DNA of 61,649 bases, filler included, from Ionaspis alba (Eukaryota): the NCBI GenBank assembly GCA_964255285.1. It is 11 parts of 11 records of this genome, joined end to end, with 100 filler letters (N's around TTAATTAATTAA, not from the genome) between each part and the next. Parts side by side here need not be neighbours in the genome. Positions count along the whole stretch, not along the records: positions 1 to 5,584 come from CAXUUL010000999.1; positions 5,685 to 11,260 come from CAXUUL010001000.1; 9 more parts are not named here. One strand, 5' to 3'. This document shows, piece after piece, positions 1 to 11,360 of the stretch. Each line of letters starts with the position of its first letter. Position 1 is the stretch's first letter. Both the position numbers and the translations under genes were made by a program. The notes under the pieces are model-generated. The model searched no databases. It saw only the letters and a program-made list of their open reading frames with translations, and was not told the DNA's origin.

Positions 1-1200
1 ACCAGAAGAATCAATCTCCATATGCGCATACAACCTAACCATCATCTTCTGACTCCACATCTTCATACTCTCCCCCGCAGCCGCGGCCTCCTTCTTGACC
101 CCTTTCGACCCCTGTCCACCAACCCTCTGCATATCCTCCAACGCCTTGACCATCCTCACCATAGCCAGCCTCGTAACCCCCACATACGCAATCCGCTGCC
201 CCTCCGTCAACAAATCCTTCGTAGCCTGCATCTGTGCTAAGGGATCCCGTTGCTCCTCATCCTCATCCACAACATTCGTCCCCTTATCCTTGAAGAGGTA
301 ACTCGTATTCTCGTCCATGCTCGTCGCAGACTTCGCATCGTCGTCGATCTGCACTCGCGTATACCCCTTTTTCGCGCCCCCAAGTCCATCGTTATCGTCT
401 GCCTCGTCGTCCGAGTCGCCGGTCCCACGAGCGAGGAGTTGTCCGTCGTCGTCGTAGAGGTCGTATTTGCCATAGGCGGGCATGGCTTGCCAATCTTCTT
501 CCTTTTTCTCCTCGACTTCGACTTTTTTGGGTGCAAGTGCTTGGTGAGACCATTCGGAGATGCCGCCTGCGGGGACGACGGCCCCATTTTCGGCGACTTT
601 GGTTAGGGATTCGCGTTTGGGTATATGGGGTGCGAGGGGCGTTTCGGGGGCTTCGGCGATGCTGTCGTGTGGTTGGTCTCGACCTTGTCGAGGGGGTGGT
701 GAAGATGATGCTCGGGTTGCCTCGGCTCCACCAAGACTTCTTGACCGGGCGTCGTTCTGTGTAGTCTGTGACCGTCTCCTGAGTGCTGAGAGCCTCCCTC
801 TGTCTTGCCCGTCTTCCTCCTCTTCATCTTGCTTCCCTCGAGCTGTTTGCGATGTAATTGACAGACTCCTGGACCTGCCATGACTCTGCGCAGACCTCGA
901 CCTTCTCCGAAATGCCGCAAAGACACCTGATCCTCGGCGTCCATTTCCCTCTATAGTCTCTTGTTCTTCTTCTCCTGCTTCTTCCACAGTTGTAGCCTGC
1001 AACGAACTCCTTGATCCCCTCCTCCTCACCGGCAAGCCAAAGTCATCTAGTTCTGGCTTCTCCACCTCCTCTTTTGCAATCGGTGCTTTCTGCACTCCAT
1101 AAGCCTCTACAGATATTCTTCTTCCCCTTACATAAGCTGGTGGTGGTGGTTCCGCGGTGAGGGGCTTGTCTTTCTCTGTTGCAGGCTCGCTATCGGTCAT
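1..1200 (-). CDS. MIL1: DUF726/TMCO4-family putative lipase, Mil1 (YFL034W)-like; N-terminal part, runs off the window
   Basis: Open frame from ATG 1200 to base 1, absent from the ORF track because it has no stop: MTDSEPATEK...LDDFGLPV...GGISEWSHQAL...DWQAMPAYGKYDLYDDDG...GYTRVQIDDDAKSATSMDENTSYLF...PLAQMQATKDLLTEGQRIAYVGV...MWSQKMMVRLYAHMEIDS, typical of fungal DUF726 proteins. Confidence 0.8.
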   Translation of the reverse strand, partial: MTDSEPATEKDKPLTAEPPPPAYVRGRRISVEAYGVQKAPIAKEEVEKPELDDFGLPVRRRGSRSSLQATTVEEAGEEEQETIEGNGRRGSGVFAAFRRRSRSAQSHGRSRSLSITSQTARGKQDEEEEDGQDRGRLSALRRRSQTTQNDARSRSLGGAEATRASSSPPPRQGRDQPHDSIAEAPETPLAPHIPKRESLTKVAENGAVVPAGGISEWSHQALAPKKVEVEEKKEEDWQAMPAYGKYDLYDDDGQLLARGTGDSDDEADDNDGLGGAKKGYTRVQIDDDAKSATSMDENTSYLFKDKGTNVVDEDEEQRDPLAQMQATKDLLTEGQRIAYVGVTRLAMVRMVKALEDMQRVGGQGSKGVKKEAAAAGESMKMWSQKMMVRLYAHMEIDSSG

Positions 1201-2197
1201 TGTGCTATTGGAGCGCTGCCATCCGAGCTACAAATGATGCTCGGAATGCTATTGGGAGATGCTGGTCATGGCGACCCGAATTTTTCTTTGCAGAGATGCC
1301 CGGTTCTGTACGTGGAAGCTTGGGGGAATATGCGTTTGAGGACCGAAACAAAGAGCAGATCGGTTATTGATGCTAGATTTCGAGGTCACGTGGTGGGGTA
1401 CAGATTACATTGCACTGGCGATATGGTCACAGTTCATGAGTGAGCAAAATACCTCTTCGAGAAGGCAAATTGGCAATTTTGATGGTGCTGATAGCCACTA
1501 TAATGCGCTCTGTGGTCAATCTGTGATGTAATTAACGGCAAGGAGAGAAAATGCATGTCTGGTGATGCATATAGCCTGACCACCTCCCCACTAGTCGCAA
1601 CGTGGGACAAAATTGTCACGTATCATACACTCGTCAATAGTAGTTAGTGAAGTCCAGAAGACTACAATCTGCGCGAATCGACTGTTTGCTTACAACCCAA
1701 GTCTTAAGATGGAACGGTCATGCATCATTTCAAGACATTGCATCTGGGAATTCTAGACCCAGAGGCTTTGCGTTTCAGGCCTACAAGCATAGGCTACCAC
1801 AGCACTCGAACATCACAAGTCACTGTCAATCACTCCTCAAGAGCACACATACGAATATCATTCATGTTCTCCCTATCCACAGCCCGAAATCCTCCCAACC
1901 AACCAACCAGCCCACCACCATAGTATCCCTAAGAAATCATGACGCATAGAGAGTGTAACCAGTTGGAGACAATATAAAAAGAGAGTGTAGAGGCCAGGCG
2001 CCATCCATCAAGCAGCGCCAAAGACCACGTTGGATAGTAGATCGCAAACTCTCGCCCCGCTACCACATATGTTCCTCTTAACTCGAGCGCCCGTAGACGT
2101 AGGTAAGACGCATAGCTTGTCTTCTTCTTCTTCGAGGAAAGTAATTCGGATCCGTAAACATTATACACAAGAAAGTAAAGGTCGCACGGAGAGCAAA

Positions 2198-2223
2198 CAG
2201 CCACAGCCACAGCCACAGCCACA
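2198..2223 (+). repeat. (CAGCCA)n microsatellite, about 4 units
   Basis: cagccacagccacagccacagccaca just downstream of the 274-aa gene. Confidence 0.8.
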
Positions 2224-2294
2224 AGCAATCTCTTTCAACATGGAGTGAAGAGTCCAGTCTTCCCACCCTCGCACCGTCAACGAATTCTCCTGAT

Positions 2295-3119
2295 TCAAAT
2301 CCATCCCGTACTCATCGGAAAAGGCTTATCATCAAACACGCCCCCAAAGAGTCCTTGAATCTCCAAGATGTAGTCCTCAGCCCCAAACTTCTGCAACCCA
2401 TTCTCAACCAGGAACTGCTCCTCCTCATCCCAGATCGTCACATCCCTACCCCCAAACTCCTCCGCCAACTCATTCACCTGCGCCAGCTCCGCCCCAAACG
2501 GATGCCCAGCCTCCGGCTTCGCAGAAAACATATCCAAACTCGTCCTCGCATGCACCGAGGGCATCTGCGGGAAACTGCTGGTCGTCGGACTCCTCATCTG
2601 CGACTCGGAGCGTTTGCGTGCGAGCGCTTGATGTGACTGCTTTGTATGCGAGAGAGCGCGGGACGGGACGGCGGGGGCTTCGGTGTCGCTTGCGGTGGGC
2701 TGCTGGGAGTCGATGGATGAGCGAACGCAGTTGGGGGCCTGGAAGAACGTCGATAGGTGGTTTGGCGAGACGGAAACGGGCGAGGCTTCGCGTGAGATGG
2801 AAGGCGAGGAGATGCTGGAGGAGCTGGAGGGTACGTGCGAGCTGTCGGTGTCGGAGGAGGAGGTTGTGGATGAGGCGGAGCTTTGCGTGGAGGTTTGTAG
2901 TAAGCTTTGCATCGAGCTTTGCATCTCGTAGATGTCGGGAGCGTTGTAGGCGAGGACGTTAGTTGTGGAGATTAGTTCAACGGGGAGGGAGATTTGGGTG
3001 CGGTCGATGGGTCGGTCGTATTTCCTTGTCGTGTTGGATCGAACGGGTGATGGCGGTGAGGTAGTGGTGAGCTCTTGAGCTCGGTTGTATCGCTTTGTTA
3101 AGGCTCGTGCGAGCGACAT
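2295..3119 (-). CDS. Conserved fungal protein of unknown function (274 aa, single exon)
   Basis: Long ORF with ordered motifs QISLPVELISTTNVLAYNAPDI, HPFGAELAQVNELAEEFG and EEEQFLVENGLQKFGAEDY separated by Ser-rich linkers; CT-rich leader upstream. Confidence 0.8.
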   Translation of the reverse strand: MSLARALTKRYNRAQELTTTSPPSPVRSNTTRKYDRPIDRTQISLPVELISTTNVLAYNAPDIYEMQSSMQSLLQTSTQSSASSTTSSSDTDSSHVPSSSSSISSPSISREASPVSVSPNHLSTFFQAPNCVRSSIDSQQPTASDTEAPAVPSRALSHTKQSHQALARKRSESQMRSPTTSSFPQMPSVHARTSLDMFSAKPEAGHPFGAELAQVNELAEEFGGRDVTIWDEEEQFLVENGLQKFGAEDYILEIQGLFGGVFDDKPFPMSTGWI

Positions 3120-5584
3120 CGTGGTGACTTTGGTTTCGATCTGACGGTAGTGTGGTGGCTAATGTTGACGGTGCCGAAGAGAAGGTCGGAACCGTTGGAC
3201 GGCGACACTCAGAAGTGCGTGATGCGAGTGACGACGAAGTGGTTTTATGACCTCAGAGTAGCCTTCGGCTGCCTTGAGAAGTGAATTGCAACGTGAATGA
3301 TGGGCCGAGTTTGACGAGGTTGCAGTGATCGCCTGACTAGCAGCGAGGTGATGTTCGAACTGAGGGAGTGACGGTATATTTGCCTGGTTTTCCTTGCGAT
3401 GCGTCGCAAGAGTACTGTGATGTGTTCTCGCGGACCCTGTCCGTGTGATATGGGTAAAGTGTGGTAAAGATCGTGGCTGTGATGCTGCAAAAGAATGTAC
3501 AACACCCAGCGAGGCGCGCGCAAGGGAAAAGAATGAAGAGAATGCGTCGATGAGACTTCGCGGCGGCGTGCAGGTTGGGAGGAGAGAATGATTCGGGTGG
3601 GAGAAGGGGGAAGTGGAGCTTGTTGGTGAAATCTTCCACGAAGGATGCGCGGAAAACCCCTGACAGATGCGAAAGGCCCGCTCATCACACCATCTTCATT
3701 GGTTCGTATGCAGTTTCACCAATCAATCCGGCTGGTACGTGGTCCCGCTTCCAGAGCGCCTAAAGTGGTTATCTTTCGTGTGTTCCGTCCACTGAACTTA
3801 CACCAGCCGTATTTTACTCACCTTAGAGATGTGAAGCTTCTTAAGGGATATTGGATGAGCAGGCTCCTCTTGAGTCTTCGAAAACGAAATTCATGCGCAC
3901 AGAAACTAGAGTCAATCTATAAAGAAGGTGTCTCGAGTGACACCTTTGTGCAAAGAATCAGTTCAAAACAGCAAGGACAAAGATCATGCATAGACCGCTA
4001 CACAATGGATCACCATGTCTGACGGTCCACTATCCACTGGCTCCATCCTTGGACCGGCGAGGTGTCTATGACACTGCATTATGGTAAAAGTCACTGTCAG
4101 TCGCTGATGTCTTGAAGTCAAAATTGCAATAAATTCTTCAAATCCGTCATTTTACAAATTCAATTTACAGCCATTATTCTAAGAGGTAAGTGGAAATAAT
4201 GGGCAATGCGGCGACTGTAAATGCGAACAGATGGCATTCAGCATCTCAGTTTCTATGTTTCCGAAACAATGGCCGTTGTTCCCGAAATATCCATCTCATT
4301 ATACACCGCCTCTATAATCTCAGTGCATGAATTTATCACAATTTTCCAACGGCCAACAGGAGGAGTTCATGGTACTCTGGTAGGCACCATTAATGCAGTT
4401 TCGTGAACATGATAGGATCAGCAATACGCAGCGGGTGTCTGCTGTCAGTATGGCTTGAACGCGAGAGTTATGATCCAAATTGCCGAATAATGCTTCAAGA
4501 CAAGATGGCTGAGTGGTTCAAAACGTGGGATCCAGAACAAATTCTTGTCATTCAGCCTTTGGCTAGTTCTTTCGTGTGTCTCCTCATTCCTTATCATTTT
4601 CGTGATGTATGGAGAGCTTTTCTGGCCAGTGTCGCTTCTGGTCTCAACGTGGAAAAGCATTTCTTTCTCAAGCTGTAAATTACAATTCTTGGCAGCCACA
4701 GTGGTATTGAAACAAAGTGAGGACGGCACAGACAAATCAAACCACATTGCATGATTGGACGGCATCCAACGAAGCTTGAAACGCTTAACAGGGTTAAGGC
4801 CCACCAAGGAAAACTCGTTCCTGGGACTTCGCTTGTATGGCCGTTGGTGCTGGAGCCTTCATCAAAACACTAATTATCAAGGCTCGGATGACCTATATGT
4901 GTGAGACGATGTCATTTAAAATACGGAAGAGCAGATGGATTCCTCGATGACACAGTACTCAATGACTCTCCAACTTTCTAATTCACGAAGTTTGGAGCTT
5001 TAAGATTGCCTCCAAACAAAAGTAGCGTGGTATCAAACAACTCGACCACGTTACAGAGCCCGAGCGGCGCAGTCCTGCGACAACCGATCAAACATCCAGC
5101 GAAAGGGTTTATCTACCCTCCATTGGATCAATTGCTATATGCGACGGAGTTTGGACGTCTTCACTGCCCTTGGACTTAGAGTTCTCCAAGAGAGTGATGT
5201 TAGTGTATTCAGCCAACACCCTTCGCAGGAGTTATGCTTAATCAGACCGATATGAATCCAGTATCGGCCAGGTCGCCCGTAAGGTCCGATCTGAAAAGAT
5301 GCTGACACTCCCATGGAGTCGCGTTCTGAATCAGTCAGTAAAGCGAATGACGACTTTGCCCGAGCCTCAAGTTTGACACAGGCGGGTTGCGCATCTCACA
5401 TCAATGCCGCACTCCCCACAAAACGTCAGCATCCATTCCATGTAAGCGACGCTTCCCAGCATAACGTCTGAGTGCCCTCACGTATGCCAGCACTCGCAGT
5501 AATGCACCGGCAATCCTTTCTCTTCCCCATCAATCCTCATCCATCTCCTCCCCCCCTCCGCCACGCCTCCTCTCCCCATTCCCA

Positions 5585-5684
5585 NNNNNNNNNNNNNNNN
5601 NNNNNNNNNNNNNNNNNNNNNNNNNNNNTTAATTAATTAANNNNNNNNNNNNNNNNNNNNNNNNNNNNNNNNNNNNNNNNNNNN
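5585..5684. other. Artificial scaffold-joining spacer
   Basis: 100 bp of N with central TTAATTAATTAA (stops in all six frames). Confidence 0.97.
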
Positions 5685-8600
5685 GGGGTGGTGGATGATG
5701 ATGATGCTTTGGCGGATCAGTCGTGGTGGTGGTGGTGGTAGTACCAAAGTAAGCCCTGGGGGAGGGGTGCAAGGGAAGGGCAAAGCGAGTCAGGTAGGTT
5801 TAGTTGGCCCCTGTTTTCCCTATGGTTGTATGTAGGTAGAATGTCCGGGGGGAGAGTGGAGGCCGGTAAATAGAGGTCTTTGAGCCAGCTGAACCGGATT
5901 TGGGTATGATGGAATGGGATTTATGCTTCGGGCCTGTTGATTATCGACCTGCCTTCGTTGTTTTCCCTCTTTGGTCTCGGTAGTTGAAGCAGGGTAGATG
6001 GATTGGTTTGATGGGAGAATGAAATTCCGTTGGCCTGTCACTATCAAAGTGCCAAGCTGTCCAACTGTCGCTGACTCCTGCTTTCGTCCAGACCGATGGC
6101 GAATCCGTCGTCTTGCGTCGTACCACTCTATAAACTTTGCAGATCGGGACAGTCGACGAGAATAGTAGCTGGACAAAATAGTGATGGATACGAGTCCAAG
6201 GTCTGGAAGAAAAATTATTGATAGATGGATATCGCTGCAATGAGGATTTCTCGGGATCGAAAAGTGGAAACAGAGTGGAATCTCTTGGACTACTATATGA
6301 ATAAATAAATCTATCATCGCCTCGTGTGGGCACTGACACCCTTTCCCGCTCTCTACTCGATGCTCAGGCATTTCTTCTGGCTTTTGTGATTAAGAGACTT
6401 TAGTCACTTCCTCCCGATGTTCCTATCCTAGCCAGAGAGTCTGTGGTTTCCACCCTTCCTTCCCCGTTCTTAGATTCCGACTCGTCGACCTCGTCAACAG
6501 ACGGTGAGAAGGGGGGCTTGTTGTTTCTAAGGAAAGGTCTAAGGCCTCGAGGAAAGTGAATGATGTGAAATGCACTACCGGGGAAGTGGGAGATGGGAGA
6601 TGGTGTTTGGTCCTCCCTGGTTCCCACCACTTTTCAAGCCTCCTTCTAGTCCTTCTAGGCCTCGTCCAACTCCTTCTCGCCCTCTCAGAGGATTGTTCAC
6701 ACCACCTCCCAAATCACCACCACACCCTTCCAAGCTCCGGGGGGCTCCCTGTCAAGATCTCTCTACCCCCTTCGTCCATGCGCTTTCCATGCGACGCGTT
6801 TCTCCTCCCCCCTACCCAGCGCAACTTTGTTGTGATCTGTGCACTTCCCCGATTCCACTATTCTGTCGCACTTCTAACTCATTAGTGATATCACTACCTT
6901 TCCCAGATTCGGGGGATTCCTGGCCATCGGAATCCCGGGGGCAATATCCTAGTGACTCGATGGCTGACTGGTTACTGTTACTCAAACATCTGACTGTCTC
7001 ACGGCCTCGGTTGCAAATGGTAGACTGATACTTTTTTCTTTCAAGTCATCCTGTCATGTTGTCTCCTTTGGCGTGGGGAATCATGGGCATTTTTGCTTGT
7101 GATGGCATTGATAATAGGAAACTAGCGATAGTCGGCCACTCCTTCGTGATTGTGTCGATTTAGACGACTCCTGGCCAAAGGGACCGTTATCGGCAGGGAG
7201 GGTTGAGCTTCCTTCTAGAAGAATATAAAGGCAGCACGGTGAGTTGATTAAAGCAAACAACTAATAATAATGCGATGGATTATCTGTCAACCAGATTCTT
7301 GGGATCACCTCCCTGATCAGTACAAGATCGTCCGGCAGCTGGCTGCAATCCCAAGCCTTGTCGTTGGTTTCTTCGTTGAAAGTTGGAACTGTCATTTCGG
7401 AACGGCTACTGCTGATCCCTAGAGAATCATGGTTTGACCGACGATTTCATTACAAGTATTTCGGCCAAATATCATTCGAGCCCGGCCAAGCTTTGATTTG
7501 CCAGTTGGGCTTAGGGATCGAGAATGAAGGGAACGTTGTCATCGAAGCCTTTTCTCCGCCCTGCTGACTCCGCCCGGCACTGTTTGGCAAACGGTGCCCG
7601 AACAAGTCCCGGAGGATCAACAAGAAACACGAATGACTTGTGAAGTTTACTTCTCTCCGCAACTGGGGAAATGCTACGTGCGCAGAATAGAGGAGTAATT
7701 CTCTCGCCAGCACAGACATCTTGTGATACCCTCTCGTCAGCCCAGTAGCAGTAGTGTTGTTGTTGCTCTCCTGTTGCATTGCTTCTAGCCAACCCTTTAC
7801 AATTATCACTCTCACAGACCGGTTGTTATTCTAGGCTTCTTGTCCCGGATCCCCAGATTGGACGTGGCTCTCGTCGTACAACCCCTCCAATGATGACGGT
7901 CATCAACTTTCTGCTGGGGTACATGCGACACGGCAACTTGCCCATGTCCGCCCAAACAAAGCCACCGATGCAAGCCAACAGCGCCTCCACAACCAATGTC
8001 CAACCTTCTGGTTGTGATGGTTAAAATGATCATCACTCGGGTCTGCTGACTCGCTTCTTTGTCAAAAAGGGCTGCGGTTTGGAGGTCAGGGGCGCTTGAT
8101 TTCTATCGATTATTGTTGGGTTTTACTATACCGAATGATGGCAAAAGGAAACATAATGTACGGATATTGTTGGGTGAGCCTTACGACCAGAAAATCCTTC
8201 CCAGCGCGTTAGGATACTCCGAGCGATGGAAGTCGTCCATAGCGACTCGTCCGGCTTCACCGCTCTCGCGATATGATGGTGGCACCTTTCGGTGAGGTTC
8301 TACTTAGCCGCAGAGCTGAAGCTCCGTCCGTCGCATCGCAAGTCGATAGATGATTCGTGATGACAGTGACTTTGATAGAGCATATGCTTCGATTACCCCA
8401 CAAACCCAAAGATGACTCAGACTTAGTGCGTGCTGCTGTCAGTTGCGCGGTCTATGGATACCGTACATCCAGTGCATCGCCAAACGAAGCCCATGCACGA
8501 AACAGTTCCTTGATGGTAGCCTGACAGCTGGAGGGAAGCGAGCCATCAGCCCCCTCGCCTATGCATTCATGCACTGACACCGAGTCAATAACGTGGTACA

Positions 8601-11260
8601 GGCATATGGCTCGCATTGCAGCTGTCGGGTATATCGATTTCTTGCACCTGATCCCTTCGATTGGCAATGAGCAAAACCTGGCCAGAGCTGCGCATCGGTG
8701 GGAACCGAAAGCTGTGTGAGGTTGCAACCACGATGGTGGCAAAGGATGGCGATGATGATGATGAGTGATGGATGGAGGTGATCTCATCCAGGAGAATACT
8801 TCCTGCTACTTTGTTGTTACTTTTGTTCTTCCGCGTCGATGTTGGGAAGAAAGCTGTTATCAATCCCATCTGCTGTCACTGCGTCATGATTGGTTTGCCC
8901 CGTCGCCCTTTGTCATGGAGAGTGGGTGTCACCCCCACGCTGGAATCCTTCGCAAGAACGGAGTACCGATGTCTCATCGATGCGTCTAGAATTATCTTTG
9001 AGGGACCATTATGAATATGAACTTGTTTGCGACGACAGATTACCGGAGATACTGATCGATTGGGAGCAACACGATCGGGATTCGCTAGAGAAGGGCTACT
9101 TTGGCAGGCATTCCCATACTGCATCACGATATACAATTTAGACGTGCAGTGCCTGCGGACAGCGGAGCGAGAGATCTGGCATTCATGTTATGCAGTGCTA
9201 GGCGGGATGCTCGTGTTGGAATTGATCGAGAACGATGCTTCCGCAGGTATCTGGCTGGTAGAGGGTGTTCATGTGGACAGAGATAGCGGAGGACCTTGCA
9301 GGATGATTTTCAACCTCGATACAAATCGGGTACATTCCTTCTGAATCCGGTCGGCTTTCCTCGTTTGAATAGGACATTCAAATTCCACCGCATAACCAAC
9401 CAATGCAGTGCAACTGGATGAGGAAATTCTCCTCGTGCAAGCTGTCAATCTTTGCCGAGTATATGGTTGTACATAAGGGTCGAGTCTCGAGTCCCATGGA
9501 GCATTGGATGCATGCAATGAGCCGATAGAAGAGATCTGTGAAACACCTCCTCGACCGGATACGAGGTCTGAATAGTCTGCATCGTTGTATTGCAGTGACT
9601 TTACTCTTATGTCTTGGTAGTAAGACAGAACAAATCAAGGCCATCCATTGTTATTGCACAACTCCGTTCCTCCGAGCAGCAACCTGCATCACAGGGAGTT
9701 CGTACACATATGTACAACAGAGTGCAACGTGTGCTGTCAGCTGAAAGGCAAGAATGCCAACTGCAGTATGTGTCACGATCGACAAAAGTGCTAGAACATT
9801 TCCTTGGTACTGTACAAAGACAGATCGAGAGGAACGTTGTGTGATGCCCCCAGCTAGAATAGTTTCAGACCCTCGACCCACAGTCCACGTGCATGTCAGT
9901 CGATCTGGGAAAGCTGATCTGCTACAGTCTATCCAACAACCTTGCTCGTAGGGTCGGACCGAAGCGATTTGACCACGGGATCAGATCGCTGGCATTGATG
10001 TAACGGAACGAGTCTGGTCACGACACGGGAACAATCACAGTATCAGCACTCCTGAATGAAGGGAGAGGATAGGGGTAGTGTTCAGATAGCCTGCCGCTGC
10101 GCTCTCAATTGAAGATTGCCATATCAAAGCCACAGAAATTTACCAGTCAAAGCCTGTGAGAAGAGGCTCGAGTAATATTCTTATCGCGTAGTCCAGAAAC
10201 CTTCCAAGAAGAATGGGGAAATTGGGCCCGTCCGCGCAGAAATGCCCTTTCGGTCAGCTGGCTCACGCCATGCCTTTAGATGGCTGGAAGCCACAAAACG
10301 CTTACTCGCATTCCGGAAGGGTTCGACGCACTTCCGCGAAATGGAAACTGGGAATGTCTTCCTTCGCGCAGGGATGCCCAGCGGACGCCGGACCGTCCCT
10401 TTCAGCAATGCAAGCCCGCTCGATCAGGTCGTGATCCAGCGCGCAGATAAGATGGGCGAGTGCGGCGTGGCGCTCGAGGGTGGTTTGCTTTGCTGACATT
10501 TGATGGGTGCGGGAGTGGGTATCTGCAATCCTTCAATGAAAATCCCATCTTTTGGGAGCGTGATGTTTCGTATAATATCGGTGCACGGCTTGTTATGGTC
10601 TTGCCTTTGCTTAAGGTCATGCCTCTCTCTCCTTGGTTGTCGGGAATCCGAGGGTCTTGATTCCCGGTTGCTGGTATGCTCGCTTCCAAGCTGACGGGAG
10701 GGGTTCTGGAGTCTGAACATGGCAGTTCCTTGCTCTGTCAATTTGCGGAGTCGGGCCATGCGTGTTGGGGATGCTGTCCTCTTCAACCGCACTCGCAGCA
10801 GCAGGGTCACGCAAATGCCGTGCGCTCGCGAGCGGCGAAGGTTTTGGGCAGCTGATGCCATGTGGTAAAAGGGGAGGGGCAACTGGGGCGGTGGACAATC
10901 CTCACTCGGCAGTGCTTGCTGACTCGAAACCCGGGTGGCTCGTTGGCGGGTGCCGGGGGGGCTTGCCAAATGTAACGGAAAAGCTGGGGTGCAGGATTGA
11001 GATCGTTGTCTCGCGGATGCGGGAATGGCTTTTGTTTGTCTTTGACCACGGCGATTGTCGAGAATGTGATGGATTGCCATGTCGCGCACATGGGCTCTCC
11101 ACTATCACAAAACCTGCGACAGATGAATCACAAATTGTCGCTGCTATCGCGTTGAATTGGCTGATTCCCGAGACCTTGTAGGACTTCGCACCGATCAGGT
11201 ACAAGTCGCATGTTTAGCGGCAATGGGAAGGGCTAAGCGAGGCAGGTCCGAGATCACGGG

Positions 11261-11360
11261 NNNNNNNNNNNNNNNNNNNNNNNNNNNNNNNNNNNNNNNN
11301 NNNNTTAATTAATTAANNNNNNNNNNNNNNNNNNNNNNNNNNNNNNNNNNNNNNNNNNNN
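11261..11360. other. Artificial scaffold-joining spacer
   Basis: N-TTAATTAATTAA-N, 100 bp. Confidence 0.97.

Noticed and set aside
5629..5640. TTAATTAATTAA recurring every 5.6 kb as a biological repeat or insertion site
   Set aside because: Always centred in a 100-bp N spacer; a synthetic six-frame stop linker.
10181..11204. Dense overlapping ORFs up to 221 aa
   Set aside because: No domain motifs or coding-like composition; explained by locally high GC.
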